The translations under genes and the position numbers were made by a program. From a plasmid: a DNA stretch of 64,000 bases. Shown here one piece after another: positions 36,312 to 45,867 of this stretch. The notes under the pieces were generated by a model that saw only the letters and a program-made list of their open reading frames with translations, was not told the origin of the DNA and did not search any database. Positions within the stretch are counted from its first letter, which is position 1, and the number at the start of each line of letters is the position of its first letter. Location of the stretch: sequence record NZ_CP025192.1; one strand, given 5' to 3'.

Positions 36312-37172
36312 GCGGAAAGCGCCCGGTCGTCCGGCCCCAGCTGGACCTGTTTGTCCCGTTCCTGTCCGACATCGATCTGCGCGACCAGATGGAGCTGATG
36401 GAGCGGCCGTTCTTCAGCCTGTCCAAGAACAAGCGGATGAGGGAGATCGACTACAGGAGCCCGGACGGCACAGTCAGCCTCAAGGTGAAGCCGCACCAGG
36501 CCTATGGTATGGCGACGATCTGGGATGCCGACATCCTGATCTGGGCGGCGTCGCAGCTGAGCAGCATGAAGAACAAGGGCGTCAACGACCTGCCCCGCAC
36601 GCTGCACACCCGCACCTATGATCTGTTGAAGGCGATCGGCCGTGGCACGGGCGGCGACCATGCGAAGCTGCTGGTCGTCGGCATCGCTCGCCTTAAATCG
36701 ATGATGATCGAGACGAACATCGGCCGCAAGGACGGAGAAGAGATGGCGATCTTCAGCTGGATCGACGCCGGCGGCGGGACGGCATACTGGTCGGTGACGA
36801 CGATGCCGGGATCTCGATCACGCTGTCGGACTGGTTCTATCGCCGCGTGCTGGACGACCGCGCCCTGCTGACGATCGACCCGGCTTATTTCGCGATCACC
36901 GGCGGCCGCGAACGCTGGCTGTACCGCGTCGCGCGCAAGCATGGCGGCGGCAACGGCGGCAACGGCTTCGCCATCAGCTTCCCAACTCTGTTCGAGAAAT
37001 CCGGTGCCGAGGGCACCTATCGGCGCTTCAAGTTCGAGCTGCTGAAAATCATCGAGCGCAACGCGCTGCCAGGATTCGACCTGTTCCTGGAGACGGGGAG
37101 AGGAGGGGACCCAGCCCTGCGTATGGTGCGCGCGACGGAGCCTAAGGCCGAGCCGGCAGACGATCAGCTCCT
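36308..37172 (+). pseudogene. repA: RepA (RPA-family) replication initiator, frameshifted near 36775 and 3'-truncated by an IS6 insertion
   Basis: Frame A (36308-) reads ...EEMAIFSWIDAGGG and then degenerates. Frame B continues GILVGDDDAGISITLSDWFYRRVLDDRALLTIDPAYFAIT..., homologous to the 19727 RepA. The shift occurs in a GGCGGCGGG run. The ORF then reads into the IS left inverted repeat at 37173. Confidence 0.55.
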
Positions 37173-38006
37173 GGGGCATTGTCACGTTGTTTGGGGACCG
37201 AGCAAGTTTGACCGCGAGGCGGAGTTTGCGTGACCTTACGCCGCCATATGGGCACACGTCTCCTGCCGCCAGATCCGAAAGGCCTTGGAGCGCTCGCGCC
37301 GGTATTGATCGGCGGCCATCAGGTGCCGCCGCGGACGGAAGTGGCCATAGATCATCGCGTGCGCCGACAAAAACCGCTGGGCTTGCCCGGCTGACTTGAA
37401 GCGCTGCATCGCGCGTTCTCGACGTCGGGTCGGCCTATGGGAATTCTCGGCACGATTGTTCAGGTAGCGGCTGGTCCGATGCTGCACACCGGGTAGGACC
37501 TCTCGCTGTGCAACGCCATAGCTGCGGAGCCCATCGGTGACGATCTTGCGGGGTCTATACTGGAGGCCCACCAGCAGGCGCTTGAAGAAGCGTTTGGCGG
37601 CCGTGGCATTGCGGCGCTCCTGCACCAGGATGTCGAGCACGACTCCGTGCTGATCCACCGCGCGCCAGAGATAAAAGAGCTCGCCGTTGATCTTCAGGTA
37701 AACTTCATCCATGTGCCAGGTGTCGCCCGGTCTTGGCCGCCGCTTGCGCAGCTTGGCCGCGAACTCCGTGCCGAAGCGGAGGCACCAGCGACGGATACTC
37801 TCGTAGCTGACCACCACGCCCCGCTCGGCCAGGATCAGCTCGATGTCGCGTAGGCTCAGGCTGAACAGGTGGTAGAGCCAGACAGCATGCTGGATGACCT
37901 CGGCCGGGAAACGGTAGCCGGGGTAGGTGGTGGGCTCGGACGGCATGCCGCCAGCTTCGCCTGACGAGTTCGTTCCAGCCAGAGCTGGCCAACGTGACAA
38001 TGCCCC
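37173..38006 (-). mobile_element. IS6-family insertion sequence (834 bp) with perfect 17-bp terminal inverted repeats GGGGCATTGTCACGTTG
   Basis: Left IR at 37173-37189 and its reverse complement at 37990-38006. A single IS6-family DDE transposase gene lies between them. No target-site duplication (flanks CAGCTCCT vs GGGTCGCA). Confidence 0.7.
37236..37946 (-). CDS. tnp: IS6-family (IS26-like) DDE transposase
   Basis: WHMDEVYLKINGELFYLWRAVDQHG...VTDGLRSY matches the IS6 DDE core. ATG 37946 lies inside the IS; the ORF extension to 38015 would leave the element. Confidence 0.75.
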   Translation of the reverse strand: MPSEPTTYPGYRFPAEVIQHAVWLYHLFSLSLRDIELILAERGVVVSYESIRRWCLRFGTEFAAKLRKRRPRPGDTWHMDEVYLKINGELFYLWRAVDQHGVVLDILVQERRNATAAKRFFKRLLVGLQYRPRKIVTDGLRSYGVAQREVLPGVQHRTSRYLNNRAENSHRPTRRRERAMQRFKSAGQAQRFLSAHAMIYGHFRPRRHLMAADQYRRERSKAFRIWRQETCAHMAA

Positions 38007-38147
38007 GGGTCGCACTGGAGAATGGCCAGGGCGTCACCGAATTCGAGCCCAATCACAGCGCGGCCAATGAGATCAGGGGCGTGTGGAAGTGGTTGAAGAC
38101 CGAACTTGGTATCGCTCGGCAAAGGCAGGAGAGGGCGGCTTAAGAAG

Positions 38148-38528
38148 ATGGCACGACGCAGCAGCGCGATTGCCAACCTGGATATCGAGGCGGAAGGTTT
38201 GGCACAGCCGGATGGCCTGGCGGAACGTCTTCAGCGGAACCGCGAGACCCGAACCACAACGGTATCTGCGATCACCTCTCCGACGAAAGGAGCCGCACAG
38301 CCTGCCGATCCGGCTTCTGCTGTCAACATGCCGCCTGGACGCAGTGGAGGCCGAGGCCGAAATGACTGGCGCAACGGGAAGGCCATGGTCCAGGTGGCTC
38401 TCGATGAGGAGATGCACACCGAACTGAGCATCATCGCCAAGCGTCGAAGGATGACGCTGAGCCAGCTTGCCCGCGAAGCCATGAACCTTTGGCTCGAAAC
38501 CCACGGGCATACCCTTCGCATCCGATGA
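38148..38528 (+). CDS. Ribbon-helix-helix (CopG-like) DNA-binding protein
   Basis: C-terminal MVQVALDEEMHTELSIIAKRRRMTLSQLAREAMNLWLE. The ORF starts at 38106; internal ATG 38148. Confidence 0.4.
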   Translation: MARRSSAIANLDIEAEGLAQPDGLAERLQRNRETRTTTVSAITSPTKGAAQPADPASAVNMPPGRSGGRGRNDWRNGKAMVQVALDEEMHTELSIIAKRRRMTLSQLAREAMNLWLETHGHTLRIR

Positions 38529-38851
38529 AGCTAGACCTCATTACCTCATGAGGTAACTTCATGTCCTCATGGTCTCATGAGGAATATTAACTGCCTTGTC
38601 TGCGGTGGTCCGCAGTCTCCGTCTAGCCATTACGTCCGAACGATAACCGAGCCGGCCGCTACAGCGGCTCGGCGCATTCGTGGTTCCGGACTGCTGGGTA
38701 GGCGGCAAGGACATGAAGTCCCTCACAGCGATTGCCGTTTCCGTTCGCACCGCAGCTGACAATCCTCGAACCGGGCCGGATTGGAGGGCAACGGGTATGA
38801 GAGGACATCTGGGGGGCAGGGAAGATCCGCTACCGCTAGCGTCGGACGCGC

Positions 38852-38960
38852 GACAAGGGTTCGTCGCTGCGCTCCCGCGCCGGGGCAGGCCCCGGCCGCG
38901 CCCTTGTCCCGCCTCCGCCTCGCGGTCGCCGGGTGGAATCCAGGCGAAGGATTCCGGGCG
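38852..38960 (+). repeat. Leader repeat copy 1 (GCAAGGGTTCGTCG...GCGCCCTTGTCC), upstream of the DUF3991/Toprim gene
   Basis: Member of an 8-copy family that ends in an RBS + start codon. Confidence 0.6.
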
Positions 38961-39914
38961 ATGAGTGGGCATGACGAGGAACTGCAGCGGCTGCGCGAGG
39001 GGGTGAACTGTGCAGCCCTGCTTGAACGGTTGACGCCCCCATGGCGGCTGGACAAGGCCGCCAGCACACGGGACTGCCTCAAGTACCGCCGGGGCAAGGG
39101 CGAGATCATCATCGTCAACCATGGCGGCCACGGCTGGTGGGACGCCGGGGGCACCGCCAAGGGCGACGTGTTCGGGCTGGTGCAGCACCTGAACCCCGGA
39201 CTGAGCTTCGGCCATGTCCGCAAGCTGCTGCGGGAGATGATCGGGCTCCAGCCCAGCTTTCCCGAGCACCCTCGGACGGTCAGGGCCGCCGGCGACGGCA
39301 TCCCAGCAGCGGATCGCTGGACCGCGGCCCGTCCTCTCCGCCCGGGCGGCAGGGCCTGGCGCTACCTGACGGAAGCCCGCCGGCTGCCGGGCCCGATCCT
39401 GCGGGCCGCCGTAGCGTCCGATGCGATCCGGGAGGGCGCCTATGGCACGGCCTGGTTCGCTCACCGCGACGAGTTGGGCGCCCTGACCGGCTTCGAGATG
39501 CGGGGCGCGGATTTCCGTGGCTTCGCCAAGGGGGCGGACAAGACCCTGTTCCGGCTGCCCGGTTGGATCCCGTCGCAGCCACGGCGCCCGAGCCGGCTGG
39601 CCGTGGCCGAGGCGCCGATCGACGCCCTCAGCCTCGCGGCCATCGAACGGTTGCGGGGCGACACCCTCTACGTGGCGACGTCCGGAGGCATGGGCCCCGG
39701 AACGGTACGCGGTCTCGCCCTCCTGCTGGCGGACCTGGCCACCTTCCCGGATGCCCTGCTGGCCAGCGCGACCGACAACGATCCGGCTGGCGATCGCTAT
39801 GCCGCCATGCTGGCCGAGCAGGCCGCGGCGGTCGGCGTGCGCTGCGAACGGCTGGCGCCGCCCGCGCCACTGAACGACTGGAACGACGCGCTGACACAGG
39901 GGAGGGGGGCATGA
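38961..39914 (+). CDS. DUF3991 + Toprim domain protein (conjugative-element primase-like)
   Basis: Toprim DxD motif ATDNDPAGD. The N-terminal region is DUF3991-like. ATG at 38961 follows GAAGGA; the ORF extends upstream through the repeat. Confidence 0.7.
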   Translation: MSGHDEELQRLREGVNCAALLERLTPPWRLDKAASTRDCLKYRRGKGEIIIVNHGGHGWWDAGGTAKGDVFGLVQHLNPGLSFGHVRKLLREMIGLQPSFPEHPRTVRAAGDGIPAADRWTAARPLRPGGRAWRYLTEARRLPGPILRAAVASDAIREGAYGTAWFAHRDELGALTGFEMRGADFRGFAKGADKTLFRLPGWIPSQPRRPSRLAVAEAPIDALSLAAIERLRGDTLYVATSGGMGPGTVRGLALLLADLATFPDALLASATDNDPAGDRYAAMLAEQAAAVGVRCERLAPPAPLNDWNDALTQGRGA

Positions 39915-40249
39915 CCGCCTTCACGGAAACCCCGACGACACCTCTCAGCCAGGACGCGGTGGATCTTGCGCGAGCACTGCGCGCTGCCTTCCAGCGCATG
40001 CCCGAGCGCCGGCGACAACGCTGCACGGTCCCGCCCACCGGCGACGCCGGCATCGACCGCCCCGTGCTGGTCGAGGCCTTCGACGGCTCGGACCACTACG
40101 CGGGGGTGATCGTCAGGGGAGAGCGTGACGACGCCGGCGCCTGGCTTCTGGACGAGGCCTTCACTCTGCTCACCCTCGACCACGGTGACGGCGCCGACGC
40201 CGCGCTGGTGGCGTGCAACGGATGGAACTGCCATGTCGAGCGCCTCTGA
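39911..40249 (+). CDS. Hypothetical protein (112 aa)
   Basis: ATGA overlap with the upstream stop. Overlaps the downstream helicase start by 17 nt. Confidence 0.4.
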   Translation: MTAFTETPTTPLSQDAVDLARALRAAFQRMPERRRQRCTVPPTGDAGIDRPVLVEAFDGSDHYAGVIVRGERDDAGAWLLDEAFTLLTLDHGDGADAALVACNGWNCHVERL

Positions 40250-42275
40250 TCTCGCCGTGCAGGGCCGGCCGATCGCCGGTCTGACGCGCACCCAGGCCGA
40301 GGCGGCTTCGCTGACCGGAGCGGTGCTGGTGCTGGCCGGTGCCGGGACCGGCAAGACCAGCACCCTCACCGCCGGCGTCGCGCTGCGCATCGCCGAGCGT
40401 GGCATCCCGGCCGCCCGGATCCTGGCCGTGACCTTCACCAACAAGGCTGCCGGCGAGATGCGGGCGCGCATCGTCGCGCTGCTCGGGGGACAGTCCGCGC
40501 CGTCCTGGATCGGCACCTTCCACGGGCTCGGTGCCCGGCAGCTCCGGCTGGAGCCGGAGATGGCCGGTCTGCGGGCGGATTTCGATGTGCTCGATGCCGA
40601 CGATGCCAGGCGACTGCTCAGGCGCGTCATGAAGGCGTCCGGGACGGAGGCGGGCGAGGACGAGATCATCGGCAAGGACCCCGTCAAGGCGATCGCCGGC
40701 CATATCGGGCGCTTCAAGGAGAACATGGTCACGCCCGCCCAGGCGGCGGTCCGGGTCGAGGCCATGCTGGCCGCCAGTCCGCTGGCCGATGCCTCTGGGC
40801 TGCGCGCCGCAGCGCGCCTCTACCCGGAGTATCAGCGCCGGCTGCGAGACGCCAATGCCGCCGACTTCGGGGACCTCCTGCTCTGGCCCGCCGTGGCGAT
40901 GGCAGCCGACGAGGAGCGCCGCCGCCGCCTTGCCGGCCGCTTCTCCTGCCTGCTCGCCGACGAGTACCAGGACGTGAATGCCGTGCAGTACCGCTGGCTT
41001 CGGCTGATGGCGCAGGACCACGGTGAGATCTTCGCGGTGGGCGACGACGATCAGGCGGTGTTCGGCTGGCGAGGCGCCGATATCGAGTACATCCGGCGCT
41101 TCACGCGGGACTTCCACGGCTCTGCCGTGGTCAAGCTGGAGGAGAACTTCCGCTCCACCGGGCATATCCTCGCCGCGGCCAATGCGGTGATCGCGCGCGA
41201 CGACACTCGGCTCGGCAAGACGCTCCGACCCACGCGCGAGCAGGGCCAGCCGATCGAGGTGGTGAGGTTCCGCAACGACGAGGCCGAGGCCACCGGCCTC
41301 GCCTCGGAGATCCGCAGCCGCCACGCAGAAGGCGTACAATGGCAGGACATGGCCATCCTCTACCGCGCCAACCACCTCTCGCGCGGAATCGAAGACGAGT
41401 TGCTGCGGGCCAAGGTGCCCTACGTCCTCGTCGGCGACGTCGCCTTCTACCAGCGTGCCGAGATCAAGGATGCCCTCGCGCTGCTGCGCCTCGCCAACTC
41501 GCCAGACGACTGCCAGTCCGACGAGGCCTTCCGCCGTGCCTGCAACAACCCGCCCCGTGGCATCGGTCCGAAAGCCCTCGACCTGCTGGAGCGCGACGCG
41601 GAGTGGCGTGGATCGTCCCTGCTGGCGGCGTGCCACACCGCCGACTTGCCGCCCCGGGTCCGGGGCACGGCGGGAACCTTCGCCGATGCCATTCGAGGCG
41701 TCGCGGCCGATTCCACGGCCTCGGTCGCCGACCGGCTCTCCCAGCTGCTCGACCGCACCGGCTATCGCCAGTGGCTCCGCGACAGCAGGGCCGAGACGGT
41801 CGAAGGGAGGCTGGAGAACCTCGCGGAGCTGGTGCAGCTGGCCAGTGGTTTCCATTCCGCGACCGATCTGCTGGAGCATGCCGCCCTGGCCAGCGCAGCT
41901 CCCGGCGAGGAGACCGAAGGGCGGGTGCAACTCCTCACCCTCCACCGGGCCAAGGGCCTGGAGTTCGGGCACGTCTTCCTGCCTGCCTGGAACGACACGA
42001 TCTTTCCGAGCCAGTACGGTGATGCTGCCGAGGAACGGCGCCTGGCCTATGTGGCCCTGACCCGGGGCAAGGAGCGGGTGGCCGTCAGCTACGCCGAGTT
42101 CCGGCGCGGCTACGTCGATCCCTCGCCGTTCCTCGACGACATCCCGGCCGACAACCGCCACGAGGGCTGGCTGCGGCCCGTGGCGCGGCGGCCAGCGCGG
42201 ATCTCGCCCCGTCAGGCCGGTATGGACGCCCTCAACGAGATGGTCGCCGGCCTTCGGTCCCGGCCGACGGCATAG
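40233..42275 (+). CDS. UvrD/Rep-family superfamily 1 DNA helicase
   Basis: Walker A GAGTGKTSTL. UvrD motifs (TFTNKAAGEM; LLADEYQDVN; VGDDDQAVFGWRGA; LTLHRAKGLEF). ATG at 40233. Confidence 0.8.
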   Translation: MSSASDLAVQGRPIAGLTRTQAEAASLTGAVLVLAGAGTGKTSTLTAGVALRIAERGIPAARILAVTFTNKAAGEMRARIVALLGGQSAPSWIGTFHGLGARQLRLEPEMAGLRADFDVLDADDARRLLRRVMKASGTEAGEDEIIGKDPVKAIAGHIGRFKENMVTPAQAAVRVEAMLAASPLADASGLRAAARLYPEYQRRLRDANAADFGDLLLWPAVAMAADEERRRRLAGRFSCLLADEYQDVNAVQYRWLRLMAQDHGEIFAVGDDDQAVFGWRGADIEYIRRFTRDFHGSAVVKLEENFRSTGHILAAANAVIARDDTRLGKTLRPTREQGQPIEVVRFRNDEAEATGLASEIRSRHAEGVQWQDMAILYRANHLSRGIEDELLRAKVPYVLVGDVAFYQRAEIKDALALLRLANSPDDCQSDEAFRRACNNPPRGIGPKALDLLERDAEWRGSSLLAACHTADLPPRVRGTAGTFADAIRGVAADSTASVADRLSQLLDRTGYRQWLRDSRAETVEGRLENLAELVQLASGFHSATDLLEHAALASAAPGEETEGRVQLLTLHRAKGLEFGHVFLPAWNDTIFPSQYGDAAEERRLAYVALTRGKERVAVSYAEFRRGYVDPSPFLDDIPADNRHEGWLRPVARRPARISPRQAGMDALNEMVAGLRSRPTA

Positions 42276-42314
42276 CAGGCCGCTGCTCGATCACATCCCC
42301 ACAGGAAACCAGCG

Positions 42315-43160
42315 ATGCACACCGAAGCCTCCTTCATCCAGCGCCTCGAGCGCTACCGTTCCTCGAACACCGTGCCCCATGCGGTTTGGGTCGCGGACTG
42401 GCAAGCCGAGACCGATCGATGGAGCGATCCCGTGCTCCTGCCCCGCAGCAACGTCGAGCCGGCCCTCGCGGCGGCCGAATTCGTGCAGAGCCTGGACCGG
42501 GAGATGGACCGTCAGGCCGCGGACAGGTTCTTCTCCGCCTGGGGCGGTCGCGTGGCATGGTTCTTCTGCCGCCGGGAGGGGGACGTCGCGGTCGCCTACC
42601 TTCGTCAGGCCGTGGGACATCATTCTCCCATCCTTATGGGCTGGACGGACAGGGTGGAGAACAAGATCCAGGACGTGGCGCACGCCCATCCGCTCCTGGC
42701 ACGCTTCCTGGGCATGAGAGAGTACAGTTGGGACACCCCGGAGTACCGGACCCTGTGTGCCGACCTCGGCCTCGATCCGGACTTCCAGCGGCCCTGTCCC
42801 CTGCCGGAGCATGCGGAGATGGGCGGCCAGCTGATCCGCTGGCTCGGCAAGCAACTCAACATCCTGGGTGTCATCGGGCCGGCGATGGACGATCCGCGGT
42901 GGGTGTACCTGAACTTGGGGAGGGACATGGTCACGGCCCTGCTACCCGAGGGCCGTGAACGCCCCTGGACCATCCGCGAGATCCTCGGGCGTCTCAAGGC
43001 GGTGCCCCCGCATGCCGTGCCATGCCGTGACGAGTTCCTGCGGGCCTTCGCAGACGTTCCTGCCGCCGAGCCGGGAGAGCGGCCGTGGCGGCCAGTTCCG
43101 CCGCCGAGCTTTTTCGCCCGTGTCGAGGCACTGCTGAGGCGTCCCGTGCAAGGGCGCTGA
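42315..43160 (+). CDS. Hypothetical protein
   Basis: 281-aa ORF, protein-like, downstream of the helicase. Confidence 0.5.
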   Translation: MHTEASFIQRLERYRSSNTVPHAVWVADWQAETDRWSDPVLLPRSNVEPALAAAEFVQSLDREMDRQAADRFFSAWGGRVAWFFCRREGDVAVAYLRQAVGHHSPILMGWTDRVENKIQDVAHAHPLLARFLGMREYSWDTPEYRTLCADLGLDPDFQRPCPLPEHAEMGGQLIRWLGKQLNILGVIGPAMDDPRWVYLNLGRDMVTALLPEGRERPWTIREILGRLKAVPPHAVPCRDEFLRAFADVPAAEPGERPWRPVPPPSFFARVEALLRRPVQGR

Positions 43161-43189
43161 GGAGCGTCGAAGGAAAGGGAGGTGGAGTG

Positions 43190-43337
43190 GCAGGAGGCCC
43201 TGCCACCCTCGCCCGGTGCGCAGCAAGGGTTCGTCGGCTGGTGCCTCCCGCCGCTGCGCGGCGCCCTTGTCTCGCCCCGGATCGGGGCGGCTGCGGGGAG
43301 GGGTCTTCAAGAAGAAGACCAGCAGGAGATTCCACCC
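43190..43337 (+). repeat. Leader repeat copy 2
   Basis: GCAGCAAGGGTTCGTCGGCTGGTGCCTCCCGCCGCTGCGCGGCGCCCTTGTCTCGCCCCGG...AAGAAGAAGACCAGCAGGAGATTCCACCC followed by GTG. Confidence 0.6.
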
Positions 43338-45095
43338 GTGCCCCACATCACCCCCGTCTCACCTAACCCCTGTGTTCCCGTCACCCGGATCCGCGGCGCC
43401 CTGGGCGACAAGGTGCTGCGCAAGAGCCCGGAACTGTTCAACCAGGGTTTGCCTACCGTGCTGGCCGAGGTGCTTCAGAACGCCCGCCGCGCCGGCGCCA
43501 CCCGCGTCGGGATCGAGCTCCTCGGCGAGGAGGGCCGCGCCACCCTGGCAGTGCGCGACGACGGCCATGGCATCACCGACATGGCCAGGCTGGTGACCTT
43601 CGGTGCTTCCGCCTGGGACGAGCGCACCGACCTCGTGGAGAACGCCGCCGGCATGGGGGTGTTCTCGCTGGCCTCGCGCGGCGTCACTGTGCGCTCGCGC
43701 GGGCAGCGGGTGACGCTGAGTCGGGCTGTGTTCTGCGGTGAGGCCGAGGCCGCCGTGCTACCCGACCCGGAGATGGTGGTGGGCACCGAGCTACTGTTCC
43801 CGGTGGTCGAGCGGGCGGTCGAGCGGGCGTGCCGCTTCTACCCCCTGCCGGTGACGCTGAACGGCCGGCCGCAGCCGCAGCCGGGTTTCCTGGAAGGCGC
43901 CGAGCACGTCGTGGAATGGCAGGGGCTGCGGCTGGGCGTCTTCCGGGAGGTCGGCCCCAAGGTGCTGGACCTGTTCGACAGGCACCGCGGCTGGGACAGG
44001 CGCCTCTACCTGAACTTCCATGGCCATGTCGTGGAGTGCGGAGCGGCTGTCGCGCTTGCCGAGGTTGGCGGACCGACCCGTAACGTCTTCGTGGACGTGG
44101 TCTCGGCGCCGGACCTGCGGCTGGTGCTCCCGGTGCGGAACGAACCGATCGACAACGACTTCTTCCGAGCCATGCGGGCCCGCGCCGAGCGAGCGCTGCT
44201 GGAAGCCGTCGCTCTTGGAACCACGCACTCGTTGCCCTTCGACGATGCCCGTCGGGCAAAGGCGATGGGTATCGAGCTTCCGTCTGTGCGGATCCCGCTC
44301 ACACCCTGGCGTCTGAACACCGACGTCACACGCCACCGTATCGAGGAGCTTCCCGGACCTGTCGTGCTTGGCACGCCGGGTACGGAGGTGCTGTTGACCG
44401 ACGCACTCGGCATCGAACAATGCAGTGCAATGAACCTCGATCTGATTCTGCGCGGATGGTCGGACAGGCCGCGGGTGGTCGTGGCGGATTCCAGATTCGA
44501 GGGCTATCGCGAGTATGACACCCTGCGCGTGGTGCGCGCGATCTCGGCGGTTGCGACCGATGCCGAAGGATCTGACGAGGAATTTCCGGGCTCGACGATA
44601 CGGTCCGGAAGCGCGCCGCAGGACGCCGAGTACCAGGTGGTCGAGACGCTTTCCGCACGCCTCATGGTAGCGGCGGATGCCAGGAAATGGGCACAGCCCG
44701 CCGTAATGCACGAGGCGGCGGTTCCGTTCTTCTTCACCGATGAGCCGTCGTTCGATGGCATGCCGAGCTTCGTGGTTGTGCGCGGCACCGAGCCCGGGGA
44801 CCTTTCGGACGCCTTGGTCGAGGGGTTCTTCGCGGAAAACGAGGACGTCGGCAACGACAGCAGCGATCGCCAGCTGGAAGCCTTCTCGGCCGAGGCCCGC
44901 GACCTCTCTCGCACCCTCCTCCTGGACGGCGACGCGGCCACGGCGGCCCGCATTGTCGAGCATCTGCGCAACATTCGCTGGGAGCTGCGTAGCCTTCAGA
45001 AGGGTAGCATCGAACTGCACATCGTGGAGGACCAGATCGGCAGCACGATCCGTATCGTCGGTCCAAGCGGCCGGGAAGTGACCGCGATCCTCTGA
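43338..45095 (+). CDS. GHKL-superfamily ATPase (HATPase_c) with a ~450-aa uncharacterised C-terminal region
   Basis: VLQNARRAGATRVGIELL...VRDDGHGI gives the N-box and G1 box. GTG at 43338 with AGGAG 8 nt upstream. Confidence 0.7.
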   Translation: MPHITPVSPNPCVPVTRIRGALGDKVLRKSPELFNQGLPTVLAEVLQNARRAGATRVGIELLGEEGRATLAVRDDGHGITDMARLVTFGASAWDERTDLVENAAGMGVFSLASRGVTVRSRGQRVTLSRAVFCGEAEAAVLPDPEMVVGTELLFPVVERAVERACRFYPLPVTLNGRPQPQPGFLEGAEHVVEWQGLRLGVFREVGPKVLDLFDRHRGWDRRLYLNFHGHVVECGAAVALAEVGGPTRNVFVDVVSAPDLRLVLPVRNEPIDNDFFRAMRARAERALLEAVALGTTHSLPFDDARRAKAMGIELPSVRIPLTPWRLNTDVTRHRIEELPGPVVLGTPGTEVLLTDALGIEQCSAMNLDLILRGWSDRPRVVVADSRFEGYREYDTLRVVRAISAVATDAEGSDEEFPGSTIRSGSAPQDAEYQVVETLSARLMVAADARKWAQPAVMHEAAVPFFFTDEPSFDGMPSFVVVRGTEPGDLSDALVEGFFAENEDVGNDSSDRQLEAFSAEARDLSRTLLLDGDAATAARIVEHLRNIRWELRSLQKGSIELHIVEDQIGSTIRIVGPSGREVTAIL

Positions 45096-45132
45096 GGAGG
45101 ACGGGGAAGGGCGAATGAGCAGGACGGGGGAG

Positions 45133-45275
45133 GGCGCTGCCACCCTCTCCCGGCGCGCGGCAAGGGTTCGTCGGCTCACGCCTCCCGCCGCTCCGCGGCG
45201 CCCTTGCCCCACCCCGGCAGGGGCGGCCGGCGGGCTGGGTCTTCGGGAAGAAGACTCAGCAGAAGGATGAGATCC
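45133..45275 (+). repeat. Leader repeat copy 3
   Basis: Near-identical to copy 2. Ends in AGAAGGATGAGATCC followed by ATG. Confidence 0.6.
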
Positions 45276-45449
45276 ATGGATCTCCACGAACGGCTCGCCA
45301 GGCGCCAGGGACGTCACGAGGACATGAAGGCCATCGCCGGCCTCGCCCTGATCGTCTGCATCCTCCTTGCAGGCGCCATGCTGCCTGGCTTCCTGGCAGA
45401 TCACGCCTCCACTGTCCGTGTGCCTGCCCAGCAGGAGGCCCGCCGATGA
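45276..45449 (+). CDS. Small single-TM membrane protein (57 aa)
   Basis: AGAAGGA RBS. Hydrophobic AIAGLALIVCILLAGAMLPGFL. ATGA-coupled to the next ORF. Confidence 0.4.
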   Translation: MDLHERLARRQGRHEDMKAIAGLALIVCILLAGAMLPGFLADHASTVRVPAQQEARR

Positions 45450-45793
45450 GCAGGATCACGCCGCTCACCGACGGCCAGGACCTCTCCATCCTGGTGCTGG
45501 AGGATGTGGTGTCAGACGGTTACGGCCTTATCAGGACCGAAGCCAGCCCCGCGACACAGGTGGCCGTTGCCCATGACGGAACACTCCGCGGCACGGAGCA
45601 GGCCAAGGCCTATGTCGCGCTCCTCGCGCGTGCTCCGGCCATGCGCCGTCTCCTCGACCAGGCGCTGATCTTCGAGGCCGACGCCTTCGACGCCGACGAG
45701 CCGGTATCGGGCGCCGACCTCGTCGAATGGTTTGCCTTCTGGCGGCTGGAGGTTCGGACCGCGCTATCGCGGCCGGCGCTCGCCGCCTCGTAG
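45446..45793 (+). CDS. Hypothetical protein (115 aa)
   Basis: Coupled to the upstream small membrane ORF. Confidence 0.45.
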   Translation: MSRITPLTDGQDLSILVLEDVVSDGYGLIRTEASPATQVAVAHDGTLRGTEQAKAYVALLARAPAMRRLLDQALIFEADAFDADEPVSGADLVEWFAFWRLEVRTALSRPALAAS

Positions 45794-45867
45794 GACGCCC
45801 TGCCTGCCTGAGGGAGCAACACGTCCATCCGGTTGCCCGATCCATCACGATCCACAGGATCCGAGAC

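Noticed and set aside
40170-42161. 663-aa minus-strand ORF
   Set aside because: Antisense to the UvrD helicase, whose motifs are clear. Junk composition.
43791-45404. 537-aa minus-strand ORF
   Set aside because: Antisense to the GHKL ATPase.
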